This document shows, in pieces, positions 37,528 to 50,577 of a DNA stretch of 64,000 bases. Where the stretch lies: NCBI GenBank assembly GCA_043228905.1, contig JBHGNT010000007.1:21762001-21826000 (forward strand), given 5' to 3'. Within the stretch, counting starts at the first letter, position 1, and each line of letters starts with the position of its first letter. This DNA comes from Azolla caroliniana. Its lineage: Eukaryota > Plantae > Polypodiophyta. Both the position numbers and the translations under genes were made by a program. The notes below the pieces were generated by a model. That model did not search any database. It saw only the letters and a list, made by a program, of their open reading frames with translations, and was not told the DNA's origin.

Positions 37528-40500
37528 ATGATCGTCTGCGTAGCAGTGGTCGGACAGCAGGCTAGTCCCCCCCTCCTCCCCCCCCCCCAAAAAAAAGAAA
37601 AAAAAAGAAAACAAAAGAAAATAGACCTGTTCTTATATCTTTTGTTCCTTCTTTAATTCTGTTTCCGCCTTGTTGATGCTTTTGTTGAATGGATCATCCT
37701 CTATTTATATTGGTGAATTTTCTTATTTCTGAACTCAGAACAATCCCCTGTTCATCAAGAGCTTCACAGATGGAGAGGATGAGCTGAAATTTCACCACAT
37801 CGTTCATTGTTCTTTAGATGTTATCGAGGAAAAAGGTATGCATTCACATTCTTTCGTTGTTTTATGTTGCCTTGAGAAAAACAATAGTTTAAACTTTATA
37901 TGATGAAAAGAGTCAGAATTGGGTATGAGTTTGCGATTCTAAATGGATAGGGATTAATTATGATTTTTTTTCGAATGTATGAACGAACCCCTTTGACATC
38001 CAATTCACGAAGATAGAAGATTTACATCCATTTATGAATGCATTTAAAATATACTCACATTGCCAGAACTATTACAATTTCCATAAGAAGGAAAATACAT
38101 GAATAACTGGACTCTCAAAACTGTCATTCTCGTTTCTACCCCCCATGTATGGATAGGTGTTTTGTGCAATTACGGCTCAGAATGGAGATAAAGGTATCTC
38201 AACCAGAGAAATGTGCCCTTCTTGTTAAATCAAACGTATCATATAACTATAGTTACAAAGGTAGCTCCCAGGTGAACTTGAGCTATTGAGCTAGTGCAGG
38301 GTATTCATTTGTCAATGTGAATTGAGTATCAGTCTCTCATCAAGAATGTTGTTGTGCTCGAGAAACGATTCTCTCATCGTCTAGATACAATTCCAAAAGC
38401 CCCCAACCCCTGCCATTCCAACAACTTTGTGTTATAAACATGCCTGCCACAAAAATTAGATCCAGTTTCCGATTGAGGAGTGAATTTTGAGGATTTGAAG
38501 AGAAGTGTGGTATTGCCAATGCAGATGTGATATATCTTGGAGAACTAAGCACAGGAGTTCATCATGAATGGGACTATCTTTTTGGAACATTGTCATAAGT
38601 TCAAGCAACTCTCCGGATTTATTCACGAAGTGGGTTGAACTGGAACACCTTTTAAAACTTGTATGGAAGATGAGTCATAGACAATAGAACCTAGAACGAT
38701 AATTGGAGAACGTCACTTATGGTGGGGCTTTGATGGAAGATTGAAGAAACTAGGTCTCTGGAATGTGAATCTGTCAAGAATGGAGTGGTGCCATAATTTC
38801 TGAGACAGTATGATTACATACGCCGTGCCTGCCATCACTTACCGATGAATTACGAACTGTGTGAGCAGTCTATTTTATGATGTATGAAAAGTCAAAATCA
38901 GCTATACCCAAAGGAGCACATTGTGCAGCCAACCGCCAACCACCATTGTATTTGCATCTGTAATTGATGAGTATTTCCTCCTTATCCTGTGTTTATCTAT
39001 CTCTTAGGTAGATACGAAGGAGTCAGGACATACAAGAATATCTGGTACGGTAGGGAGTTTCACTAATTTAGCCATACTTTATTTTGTCTTGTTGTTCTCC
39101 AAGATGAGACAACATTTCAAATATAATTTCTCAATCAGACTCATAGGTCATTTTGGCCTCTTAAAAGACGTATATGTATATATATTTCTCTCTCTCTTTG
39201 TGTTAGATCATTCCAGGTTTTGAATTATGTTGGCTTCCTAATTATTAGCAAACATTCTGTGCGTGCTGAGAAAGGCATAAAGTAACTTCTGTGAAATTTG
39301 CATTAAGATACAATGCAATCATTTTGTGGTGAAGAAAACATGACAAATAGGAGTTCAGTTGAATTATTCTGTTTTCAAACAAATTTCTTCAGCATATAAG
39401 GCATCAGATTTGCTTCATCATGGGATAATAGTGATATCATTCTTCTTTTTTGTTACACTTGGTAAAAGTTATGCACGAAGATGGCTGGCTATAGTTGGGA
39501 GAAGAATGCCTATAGTTAGTTTGTGTGTATGTGAGAGCCAACAAGATAGTTAGAGAAGCCTCTAAGTGGTTTTTTCAATAGTATGTAATGGATTATAGTG
39601 TTGCTCTGTAATTCTTGTTTGTACTAGTTTGTGCCCAGAATCTAAAACCTGAGAAGAAAATGTAGGTGCATGCCATAAACTATAGAGAATGTAGACTGTC
39701 CATGTTGAAATAAGGACCAAGGTCTCTGACAATAAGAAAGGGTCGCCATCATGAATGTGAAAGAATCTGTTTCATATGCAACAGATTGATGCATATAATT
39801 GTAAAGTAGAACTTTTCTTGGTGTCACAAAATTTAAAACTCAAAATATATATGAGGATCACATTGTGTTACTACCTAGCAAATTGTCCCCAAGTGATCAC
39901 TCCATCATGCACAATTCATCTGTAAAGAATTGTTATCAAATTAGGTAATTTGCGTTGCTTGAACTAGGGTACATTGACCATAAAAGGGATCATGTTCAAT
40001 GCATTTCGTCCAACTTTGAAGTATCAATGGAGCTGAACGCAATCAAACACAGCTTTATACCCCACATCATTATTCATGGTCTGCATGAAAGGATGCAAAG
40101 TTGGTTTCCTGAATCCCAACCAAGCTTGATTCCAGACCCAAGTGCCTGCTTGTGATATCCGTATTTGCTAGTATAATATCTGAATGGACTAAAGAAGGGT
40201 ATATATGGCATGACTCCACTTCGTGCCTACTACTCAGAGTTGGATCTAGGTCCACATACCTCTAATCGTGTCCTAGGTTTGTGGAAAGATTCTTGGTTGT
40301 ATCTCACTCAAACAAACATAAAATGCAGTATTGGTTGAGGATACAGAGCAAAGATAGGGAAAGCAATTGAGACCCACTAGATGTGATTGGAGCTGTCTGT
40401 ACACAAAACAAGAGTCCATACTTCACGTGCTTGGATGGCTTGATCAATCCCGAATAATGCAGGGTCTTGTCTCTCAACCCACAATCAACAATATTTTATG

Positions 40501-43415
40501 CTACAAAAAGGTCTATATACATCGTCCAAACATCTAACAAGAATTCACCAGTTATATGAAGCAATCTGTCTTCTATTGTATTTCTGTTTGATTGTTTATT
40601 TACTCAAGAACTGTTAATAGCAGGCTTATTTGCCATCTTTTGTATAGTCAATAATGATGAGCATTTCATTTATAGATATGTAGCTCTACTCACATAGAAT
40701 CTCATCGAGCATTTTAATCTTACTTTTTGACATTTTTCTTTTCATAGTCAGCAATCCAAAAAAACTCAGCACAACTATGAATGAGACCTTTTTAGGCCTT
40801 CTGTATCCAATCTTTGCTTGTGATATCCGTATTTGCTAGTATAATATCTGAATGGACTAAAGAAGGGTATATATGGCATGACTCCACTTCGTGCCTACTA
40901 CTCAGAGTTGGATCTAGGTCCACATACCTCTAATCGTGTCCTAGGTTTGTGGAAAGATTCTTGGTTGTATCTCACTCAAACAAACATAAAATGCAGTATT
41001 GGTTGAGGATACAGAGCAAAGGTAGGGAAAGCAATTGAGACCCACTAGATGTGATTGGAGCTGTCTGTACACAAAACAAGAGTCCATACTTCACGTGCTT
41101 GGATGGCTTGATCAATCCCGAATAATGCAGGGTCTTGTCTCTCAACCCACAATCAACAATATTTTATGCTACAAAAAGGTCTATATACATCGTCCAAACA
41201 TCTAACAAGAATTCACCAGTTATATGAAGCAATCTGTCTTCTATTGTATTTCTGTTTGATTGTTTATTTACTCAAGAACTGTTAATAGCAGGCTTATTTG
41301 CCATCTTTTGTATAGTCAATAATGATGAGCATTTCATTTATAGATATGTAGCTCTACTCACATAGAATCTCATCGAGCATTTTAATCTTACTTTTTGACA
41401 TTTTTCTTTTCATAGTCAGCAATCCAAAAAAACTCAGCACAACTATGAATGAGACCTTTTTAGGCCTTCTGTATCCAATCTTTGCTTGTGATATCCGTAT
41501 TTGCTAGTATAATATCTGAATGGACTAAAGAAGGGTATATATGGCATGACTCCACTTCGTGCCTACTACTCAGAGTTGGATCTAGGTCCACATACCTCTA
41601 ATCGTGTCCTAGGTTTGTGGAAAGATTCTTGGTTGTATCTCACTCAAACAAACATAAAATGCAGTATTGGTTGAGGATACAGAGCAAAGGTAGGGAAAGC
41701 AATTGAGACCCACTAGATGTGATTGGAGCTGTCTGTACACAAAACAAGAGTCCATACTTCACGTGCTTGGATGGCTTGATCAATCCCGAATAATGCAGGG
41801 TCTTGTCTCTCAACCCACAATCAACAATATTTTATGCTACAAAAAGGTCTATATACATCGTCCAAACATCTAACAAGAATTCACCAGTTATATGAAGCAA
41901 TCTGTCTTCTATTGTATTTCTGTTTGATTGTTTATTTACTCAAGAACTGTTAATAGCAGGCTTATTTGCCATCTTTTGTATAGTCAATAATGATGAGCAT
42001 TTCATTTATAGATATGTAGCTCTACTCACATAGAATCTCATCGAGCATTTTAATCTTACTTTTTGACATTTTTCTTTTCATAGTCAGCAATCCAAAAAAA
42101 CTCAGCACAACTATGAATGAGACCTTTTTAGGCCTTCTGTATCCAACTGAAGATTACAAAGTGTGAGTCTCTCTACAAGTTCTACTGAGTTTGAAAATTG
42201 TATGTTTGGTTGGAATGCTCTAAATAGTGTCTCAGATCACAGATATGGATATCTCACCAACACAAGAGTGAAGTTTATATTGGTGACTACAGATCAAGAT
42301 GTACGAGATGCAGATGTTAGGAGTGTAAGTAATGCATAACTTTTGTGAAATCTGAATATACTTGCTGAAATTGGAAATGAAATGTGTCATGCGTTTTCTG
42401 TAGTCGCACACATTTTCTGAAGGATAAATGAAATTAAAGTTATATTAATGTCTTGAAAGGCCAAAGAAACTACATTTCAATGAGATCTTATCAACTGTTT
42501 GATGAGAAGAGACATCGCCTGGGTAAATAGAACAAATATCTAACTGATAGTGCGTCCACTATGAGACAAATATGGGAAATGCTGAGCATCACTGTAAAGC
42601 AAATCAATAAAATTGGGAAACCTGTGTGGGGTGTGAGAAGTCTTTCTTGAGACTTAGATCCTGGATGCAGATAATATTCAGGTGCTGGACGACAATATGA
42701 TTTTATGATAGTTAGTTACCCACAAGTAATCAAATAATGCTTTACTATCTCAGGAAAAGCCTTATGAAGATTTATGGCTGATTAGGTCACTGCCCTGTGC
42801 CAGCATAGAAATGTTTAAGCACATCAGCGGGCTAGAAGAAGAGAGAGATGGAAATCACAGATGAAATCTATATCCAGCCCTGCTGATAACTAGCATTCAG
42901 CATTTGTACAAATATTCAGAATTTTCATCTCCTCTCCAGGATTCTGGTTTCATCTTGTTTCTTGAGTAATTGGCACTAATTTCAATCCCTAGATGGGTGT
43001 GATATATGTGTTATTTGCAGTCTGAATTCTGGATACTGGTAACAAACCTGATCAAGTGTTTAAATTGGGTGGTAGTGTATTGATAATTCGAACCATTGGC
43101 CATTGCAATACAAAGGATGAGTTTATATATGGAAATTTGAGATTTTGAATTAGTAGCTCAAGAAATATGATGTGAAAAATGAAATAGTTAATCTTAAAAG
43201 GCATCTCGTTTCGCGAATATTTTGCCTTTGTGGTTCTTGTTATCGTATTGTTTATTAATTACTTGTTTTGGAAACAGTTCTTCCGGCGATTTCATGCTGC
43301 CTATGTAGATGCTGTCTCAAATCCATTCCATGTGCCTGGGAAGCGCATTCTTTCAAAAGCATTCGGGGAGCGAGTTACCAGCATTGTGAAATCTTTTGGT
43401 ATAACAACTGTTTGA
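37528..43415 (+). CDS. TRAPPC2L: Trafficking protein particle complex subunit 2-like (Sedlin family), 5 exons
   Basis: Exons 37528-37560 (MIVCVAVVGQQ, GC donor), 37739-37835 (NNPLFIKSF..HHIVHCSLDVIEEK), 42084-42162 (..ETFLGLLYPTEDYKV), 42243-42324 (YGYLTNTRVKFILV), 43278-43415 (FFRRFHAAYVDAVSNPFHVPGK..*). Confidence 0.95.
40147..42146. repeat. 668-bp tandem triplication spanning the end of TRAPPC2L intron 2 and the 5' part of exon 3
   Basis: Unit starts at 40147, 40815 and 41483; copies essentially identical; 4-bp TCTT filler at both junctions. Confidence 0.97.
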
Positions 43416-43918
43416 TGGATATCCTATCCATCCATCTTAGTTGATGTTCACATCATGATAATGAAAGATCCAGAATGTATTAAATTGATGTCTCATCACT
43501 TATTTTCTGAGGGGATGATTCTGATCACTTCATGAAAATCATTTTTTAGACTTTTAAATTCATTGTATCCGAAGGATTTATATTCCTCTAGTTTCATTAC
43601 CTAAACTCTTTTAGTTCTAGTTTCAAATTCCTATTTCTTTCTGTTATTTAAATGTTGCTATAGGAAATTCTGTTAGGTGTAAAACAAAGTTTATGTGATG
43701 TCCCATCCTGTGCATTGGATGTTGGGACAGTTAAAGAGTCATCTCAAATGTCCGATTTAGGGGGGTCCCTACAAATGAAATATGGAGGAAAAACCACTTT
43801 TAATGCTCAAATTCACACCAAAAATTCCTTCAAGATTGTTGCGTAATTAGTCTAGTAGAAAGCCAATGACTTAGAAGTACAGGCTGGAATCCAAAAACCC
43901 GAAAAATTACCTAGCTCA

Positions 43919-44310
43919 CATTGTTGTAAAATACTTAGCATAAAATACGCGTACAATACGTATTCCAAGTATTCTAACTTTTTTTTAAAATACTTAGAAT
44001 ACGTATTTTATAGATAAAGTACATTAAATATGTTAAATACTTAGAATATGTTTAGAATACTTAGAATACGTGTAGAATACTTAGAATATGTGTAGAATAC
44101 TTGTAAAATATGTTAAATACTTCTTAAATTTTAAAGTTTTTATTTTCAAAAAAGAAAAATATTTTTTGAAATGATAAATACTTGTTAAATACGTTGAATA
44201 CGTCAAAATTTAAAAAACGGCAGTTCTAAAACGTAGAATACGTGTAGAATACTTCAGAGTATTCTAAAACGTACTCTAAACGTAGAATACGCGTTTTTTT
44301 AACAACTATG
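43919..44310. mobile_element. hAT-type MITE
   Basis: 8-bp TSD CTAGCTCA (43911-43918 and 44311-44318), imperfect TIR CATTGTTGTAAAA / TTTTAACAACTATG, internal AGAATAC(G/T)T repeats. Confidence 0.85.
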
Positions 44311-44699
44311 CTAGCTCAACGGACTTGGGCTCATAATCAAACTATAGATAACACAAAATCTAAAACGGGCGGTGAGGGACCATCACAAACTATAGATCAC
44401 AATTAGTTACATTTGGGCCATCAAAATTATCTAAGTTTACAAACTTATATTCATAAAGCAATAAATGTTGAATTACTAGGCAATTAAGATAAACGTGCGC
44501 AACAAGTAGTAAGCAATTAATACTTAATTAAGGAGACTTTTAATCTATCTTCTCCCTTTTCAAGTTGTTACCAAAGGTATATAGAGGTTCTGGGAAGACA
44601 AGGACTCCTTGCAATAATTTCCTATACATAAAAAAGTAACTCATCATCCCTTATTTAATTCCATGTGACTCAAATGAGATGTTTCTACATTTGATGCCC

Positions 44700-45910
44700 C
44701 CACTTTAATACGTTTTCCCTTTCTAAAAATTTAATTGTTTATCCTAAGTGTACTCTTGACATAGCTACACTCTTCCAATATAAACTGAGGAAATTTTGTG
44801 TTAAGAATATTTTGTCGTTTCCCGCTCCCAAGTAGCATCATTAATAGGTTTATCTATCCATTTGATCTTAAATTGACGAATCTCTATAGAACGTAAGAGT
44901 TTAGTTCGAGAATCAAGAATTTGTTTCGGAACATGAGGTTTGTGTGACAAATCCTCTAAATTTATAATAAGATCCTTTATTGTGATGGTGTTATCACCAA
45001 AATCTAAAACTTGTTTTAGACTATTGACTTGAAAAACAAGATGAAAACCAACATTATGGGGTAAGGCAAGATGATAAACAAATAATGTGACTCTCTTAAT
45101 GATATCATATGGGCCATAATATAATGGGACTAAACTTAGTGCACTTGGCCATAGATAACGACTTAGAGTTAGTAGGCACACACAAACAAACTTTTTGACC
45201 AATAGTAAGTGTAGGAGGATATATATTATGATTATCATAAAATTGGGCACTATCTTGAGTTGCCTTAAAATTTTCATTGGCAATATGTAACATTTGGTTC
45301 ATGTATTGTAAAAACATGCATGTACTACCTAATGTATACTGTAATGAATTATGACATTGGCACATGGCCGAAATTTTCTGTCAAGCGTTTGCCATTTCTT
45401 GAATACAAACCATTTCACTATGGTAGAGCAAACCATTTGTAATGTGAAAGGTCGCCTTCAAGGGTAGGGTGCTACCGATTGCAACTAAATCAAATTCAAC
45501 TTTCATCCAATATTTTGAGAAATAAATGTCACCAAAGTATTTCCCTCAACTTGATCTAAAAGATCAAAATTTATATCCATGAAGCTAATCATGTTAACTT
45601 CTTGAATGCAACTAAGAGCATCTTATGAACGTAGCATCTGCAACTATGTTCATAGAACCCTTGTGGTACCATAGCAAGAAATCAAAATCTTGCATAAGGT
45701 CAACCCAATGGGCTTTATGACCAAAAAGATATTATTGGTCACAAAAGTACTTCATTATTTGATGGTTTGTGGTGACAAATTGATTTCCATATAGATAATA
45801 CCTCCATGTTTTGAGTGTATGTATAATTGCATACACCTTTTTCTCTTAAACCAAATACGGAGATTGAGTAGAATCAAGCTGTTTGCTTTCAAAAGAAATA
45901 GGGTGACCAC
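44700..45910 (-). mobile_element. Highly degenerate chromoviral Ty3/gypsy fragment (RNaseH/integrase C-terminus/chromodomain)
   Basis: GPYDIIKRV..YHLALP..HLVFQV, KPHVPKQILD..IKWIDKPINDATWERE; collinear with the younger element at 55948-57700. Confidence 0.8.
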
Positions 45911-46267
45911 CTTCATAAAGTACAACACCAATAGTGCTGTCGTGGAGTTACACACGTGCGTGTAAAATCTAAGCGCAAGCACCGGGGACTTGAACTAGAG
46001 AGGATGGGTTGATTTGAGTTTTCCAAATGCGATGTTCAAGGATGTCAAAGTTCTGATTAATTTAAGGTAAATGTGCGTTTTTTTTTTTTTCAAAATGAAG
46101 CTACTTTCCCATTAGTTAGGAAGGATTATTACATAGAGAGTCTACAAGGAGACTTATACACACATCGGGGAGTCTGCCTCCGATCAAGTAAAAGAAGATC
46201 AGCCTACTTACAATGCCTTGCGGCCTAACTTAATGTAAGAAGCTACCTATATCTAAGGCGATGGCCT

Positions 46268-49200
46268 TCAATGTTGCCTAGTACGAGTCGGCTCTTGGGG
46301 CCTACAACGAAGAGAGGGTGGCAGGTGAGTAGGAAACAACCAGCGTGGGGGCTGGTAATTCCACCTCGGGCCACTCTCGCCTTGCATCACCATAGGTGTG
46401 TTCCTCCATTTCTGCCAAAAGCGCAACCGGGCAGAGATCACATTGTTGGAGTGGCTACAAATCTCTTCCAGTTGCCCTCGTAGGCAGCTGATAATTGCGA
46501 ACCATATGCCCATGATCACTTCCTCCGGGGGCCGTACCGTACCTTGGAAAACCTTGAGGCAACGCGCTTTCCATATGTACCACAAGGTGAAACCTGCAAT
46601 CAGCGTCCAAATTTCTGGAAACCTAGGGGATGCGGGCTGCAAGCCTCTTTTGAAACGGATCTTGACGATTTTGCCTCTCGTGCATACATAGCACCAACTA
46701 TCCGCATTGACGGTGTCCGTCCACCCTTCGATCGAGTGACCAATCCAAGCCGCAACGCTCCACAAGGCTGTTCCTTCAACTTCACATGCCGCAAGGAGGC
46801 GAGTCACTCTATCCCAGATCTTTTGAGCTTGAGGGCAATCCCACAGACAATGTCTCAGAGTCTCAATAGGTCGAGAGCACAGTGGGCAGCCTAACGGGCC
46901 GCCGCGTTTACCTAGCCATTCACCAACGAGCACCACATTGTGACCGATCTGCCACCAAAAGAGCTTGATCTTTTCAGGCATGTGGAGGCGCCAGAGACCT
47001 TTCCAAAAGCTAATGAGCGCCTCATCGGGGATGCCCAATGTTCGCCAGCCATTGCGAAGGGGGCTGCCTAGTTGCAGCTGCAAAGTCCGACCCAATTTAG
47101 TGGTGTAATCGAAGAAGTGATGGAGTCTATCATCATGTTTCCATCTGAAATCCCCTGGGTCCCAATCCAGATCGACAAGGGGGCGACAACCATATACCCT
47201 TAACCTCCAATGGGGTTCCACCTTAGCAACATCCGGGTCTATCTTCCAGATGTTATCAACCTGTGCCACCACTCGGATTGGGTGCCAAGAGCCCCTGCTC
47301 TAACTGTCCCCAAAAACTGTATCTCTCCCCGATCCGCTCACACCCTTTAGAGACTTGACCATTCCAACCTCGTCAAAGAGACCGAACCGTGCAAGTTCTC
47401 TTGCCTCCCCCATCGGAACCCTGTCAACTGCCTCAGCTATCAGTCTCTGCATTTTCGTAGCTCCCTTGAGCGGAGGGAAAAGGTCCTCTTGGGCTCTTCC
47501 TGAAACAACCATACATCTCCAATCGTCTATAGATAGGAGGCCTGTTTGTGCCAACTTTCCCCATGCTAGGCCCTTAAGTTGCCCTAGCATCATGTCGTCA
47601 CTTGTTCGCACGTGAGGATTCCAGAATAGTGGCTGTCTAGTCCATTCGGTCAATGTCTCCGGGGTGTGTTTGACCAAATGCTGTTGTAGATGGCACCATG
47701 CCCGCAAGATGGAGTTCGCGACCCTGTCCTCCGGATGGCAAGCTAGCTTGGGTGGGACTCCGCTCGTGCAACACCAATTCAAGGAGTCGGGCCAAGGCCT
47801 ACCATACTTGGGAGTCCCTGCTTGCAACCTGTTGCGAAGAAGTACCTTCCAGCACCCCTTACCTGGCAGGAGGCAACGAACCACCATTTTAGCCATCAAT
47901 GAACGACTTTGCATTAAGGGGTCTATGAGGCCAAGCCCCCCTTTGGCCCGCGGTTGCGTTAACCAACACCATGACACTCTGGCAGCAGCCCTTGGGTTGT
48001 CCTTACCTGACCATATAAACCCCCTAATGGCAGCCTTAATCGCGTGCAGACCTGCAGGGTCCATAATCCAGTAGGAGATTGAGTGCCACATGGTAGCGAG
48101 CAACACTTGGTTCACAACAAGGACCCTACCAGCGAAGGATAGGTTAGATCTACTCCATTGGGTCAACTTCCTGTTTATTTTGGCTTGTACGTGGGCCAAT
48201 TGCGCTCCCTTGGGGATTGACCTCCCCATCGTAAATCCAAGGTACTTGAACATCGTCCCATTAGGGACCCACATAAAATCGGCATGGGGTTGCCATCTTG
48301 GTTTCTCTTGTTCGTTGAACCATAGGCCTTGGGTTTTATTCCAATTGATCTTGGCACTAGCCGCCTGACAAAAGTCCTCAACAAGATGTTCAGCCCGTTG
48401 TAGATTCTCCTCATCACCTTGCAAGAAAAGAACCGTATTGTCGGCATATTCAGATAACAGCAAATCTTCAGTCGCATTGGGGATGGGCAATCCCCGCAGC
48501 CCACTGGTTGGTGCTTGTAAGTAGGCGGAGAAAGCCTCGGTTACAAAGAGATAGAGATATGGGGCTAGGGGACAACCTTGCCTCACTGAGCGTTGTAGTT
48601 GGAAGGCGGGTCCCCTAGAACCAGCCAACAGCACGCTACTCGTAGCTGTCCGGTAGAGTGCAGAAGTGCAATTCCTCCATTTTTGAGGTAGGCCCAAAGC
48701 TCGCATCGCATTTTCCAAAAAGGGCCATAACACTTGGTCGTAGGCCTTCTCGAAGTCTAACATCAGAATAGCCGAGCTCGATACGGAGCGGCCGACCAAT
48801 GCCATAGCTTCCCAAAGAAGCACCACATTATCAAAGATACACCTGTTCTTGACAAATCCAGTTTGATTGTCATGTATGATGTCTGGTAAGAAGCTTGCTA
48901 ACCGCTGAGCTAGGACTTTAGCGAGTATCTTGTATGCCGTGTTAAGGATCGTGATTGGACGCCATTGGCGCAACTCTAGGCTTCGCTCTGACGCTTTGGG
49001 GATGAGACATATCAGCCCCTCAACCAAACCAATTGGCATCTTTCCTGAGGACCAAATCTCTTGAACTCCGGCTTCCAAAGACGGGATGACACATTCCCAA
49101 TGAATCTCGAAGAAATCTCGTGAGAGACCATCGGGGCCGGGGCATGCACCCCTTCGCAATCCCCTAAGCGCCTCCGAGAGTTCTAAGCGAGAGATGGGGC

Positions 49201-50577
49201 TATCGATCACAGCTTCCATCGCCTGGGTTACCTTGGGGTGAATGCAAGACATCACTCGATCAGCCAGCTCTGTGTGTTGCCTCACTTGCATAGGTGCGAG
49301 GAGGTCACGATAGTATTGTGTTGCCATTTCCAGAATCTCAGTCTTGTCCTCCGTTATCAAGCCGTCTGGTTTTCGCAACCCTTGTATACGTCCACCACCA
49401 CCCTTGGGTGCCTTGTAGTGAAAGAAATGCCGGTTGACCTTGTCGTCTTTTCTAGCCCACCATGCTGCATTTCTTCGAAACAACATTTGGTTCTTCTCCA
49501 AAGTCCTTTCTTGTACCTTCATCTTTGCTTCCTCCAACTTAGCTCTAGACCAAGTGCAACCAGGGTCTACATGTAGCAGCCGTTGCGCTGCCGCAACGAC
49601 CTTCCTTAATTTTGTTTCAATGGCTCTAACTTGCTGGAGGGTGCGCTTGGTCTCCTGTTGTAAGGAGGAGGAGAGGGCCAATTTTTTTGCAAATCTTCGC
49701 TGGCTGATTCACTGCCCGTGGTGTCCTCCCATATACTTTGTAAACCGGCCTTCACCTCTTCACTCTTCATGATCTTTGTGGGGATCTTCACATTGAGACT
49801 GCCCTTGCTATCGTTGGGTGGGTTAAGGTCTAGTCTCACCGGTTGATGATCTGAAAAGGTAAGACCTGCCAAGATAGCAAAGGCGCCCCCAAGCTCTTCG
49901 AGGGATGAGCTGATGTATATGCGATCAAGTCGTGCAAGACTACCGCCCCTAGCATTCCCGGCGGCTCTGAAAAAATGCAGTGAATGTGAGCTTCTCCTAA
50001 GGGAAGAGCCCCATGTATCCTTCACCCCGATTTTGCCAATTAGGAAAGCCCATGAATCCATCTCCGCCCCATAAATAGGCCTCTGGGTCCCTCCTTTCCT
50101 ATCTCCCAAGTGTTCAGTCATGTTGAAATCACCTGCCATTACCCAAGCCTCGGCATCAGGTAGTGTTATCGCTAGCATCCTCCAAAAGATTGCTCTCTCG
50201 GGGGCTGAGTTAGGGGCATAAATGTTTAGCACCCCAACCTGTAGGTGATTCCATTTTAGAAGCACGTATAAGGCCCGACCCTCCACCAACGTGCCAGATG
50301 ATGTTACTTCGTATCGGGCCTTATCGCTGATCGAGATGCAGAACCCTCCTCTTCGGTGGAGGTCACCTTGTGCAGCTGACCACCATGTGGTCCACCCACC
50401 CGACAGGGGGTTTACTAAGCTCTGAGTTCGCTCTTGCGAGAGGTGGTGTTCCTGCAAAAGCAATATGTCAATATGGCCCCCTATATTAAGGGGATTCAGC
50501 TCCTCTTGAAGTCTTCGGCACTCTTGGTGTTGTCGGCCTCCACCAAGGCCCTGTACATTCCACGTTAGGATCCTCAT
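46268..50577 (-). pseudogene. LINE ORF2 (endonuclease-RT-zinc finger), one frameshift (~49680) and one in-frame stop (~47300)
   Basis: ORFs 50577-49606, 49681-47300 and 47272-46268. Confidence 0.92.
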
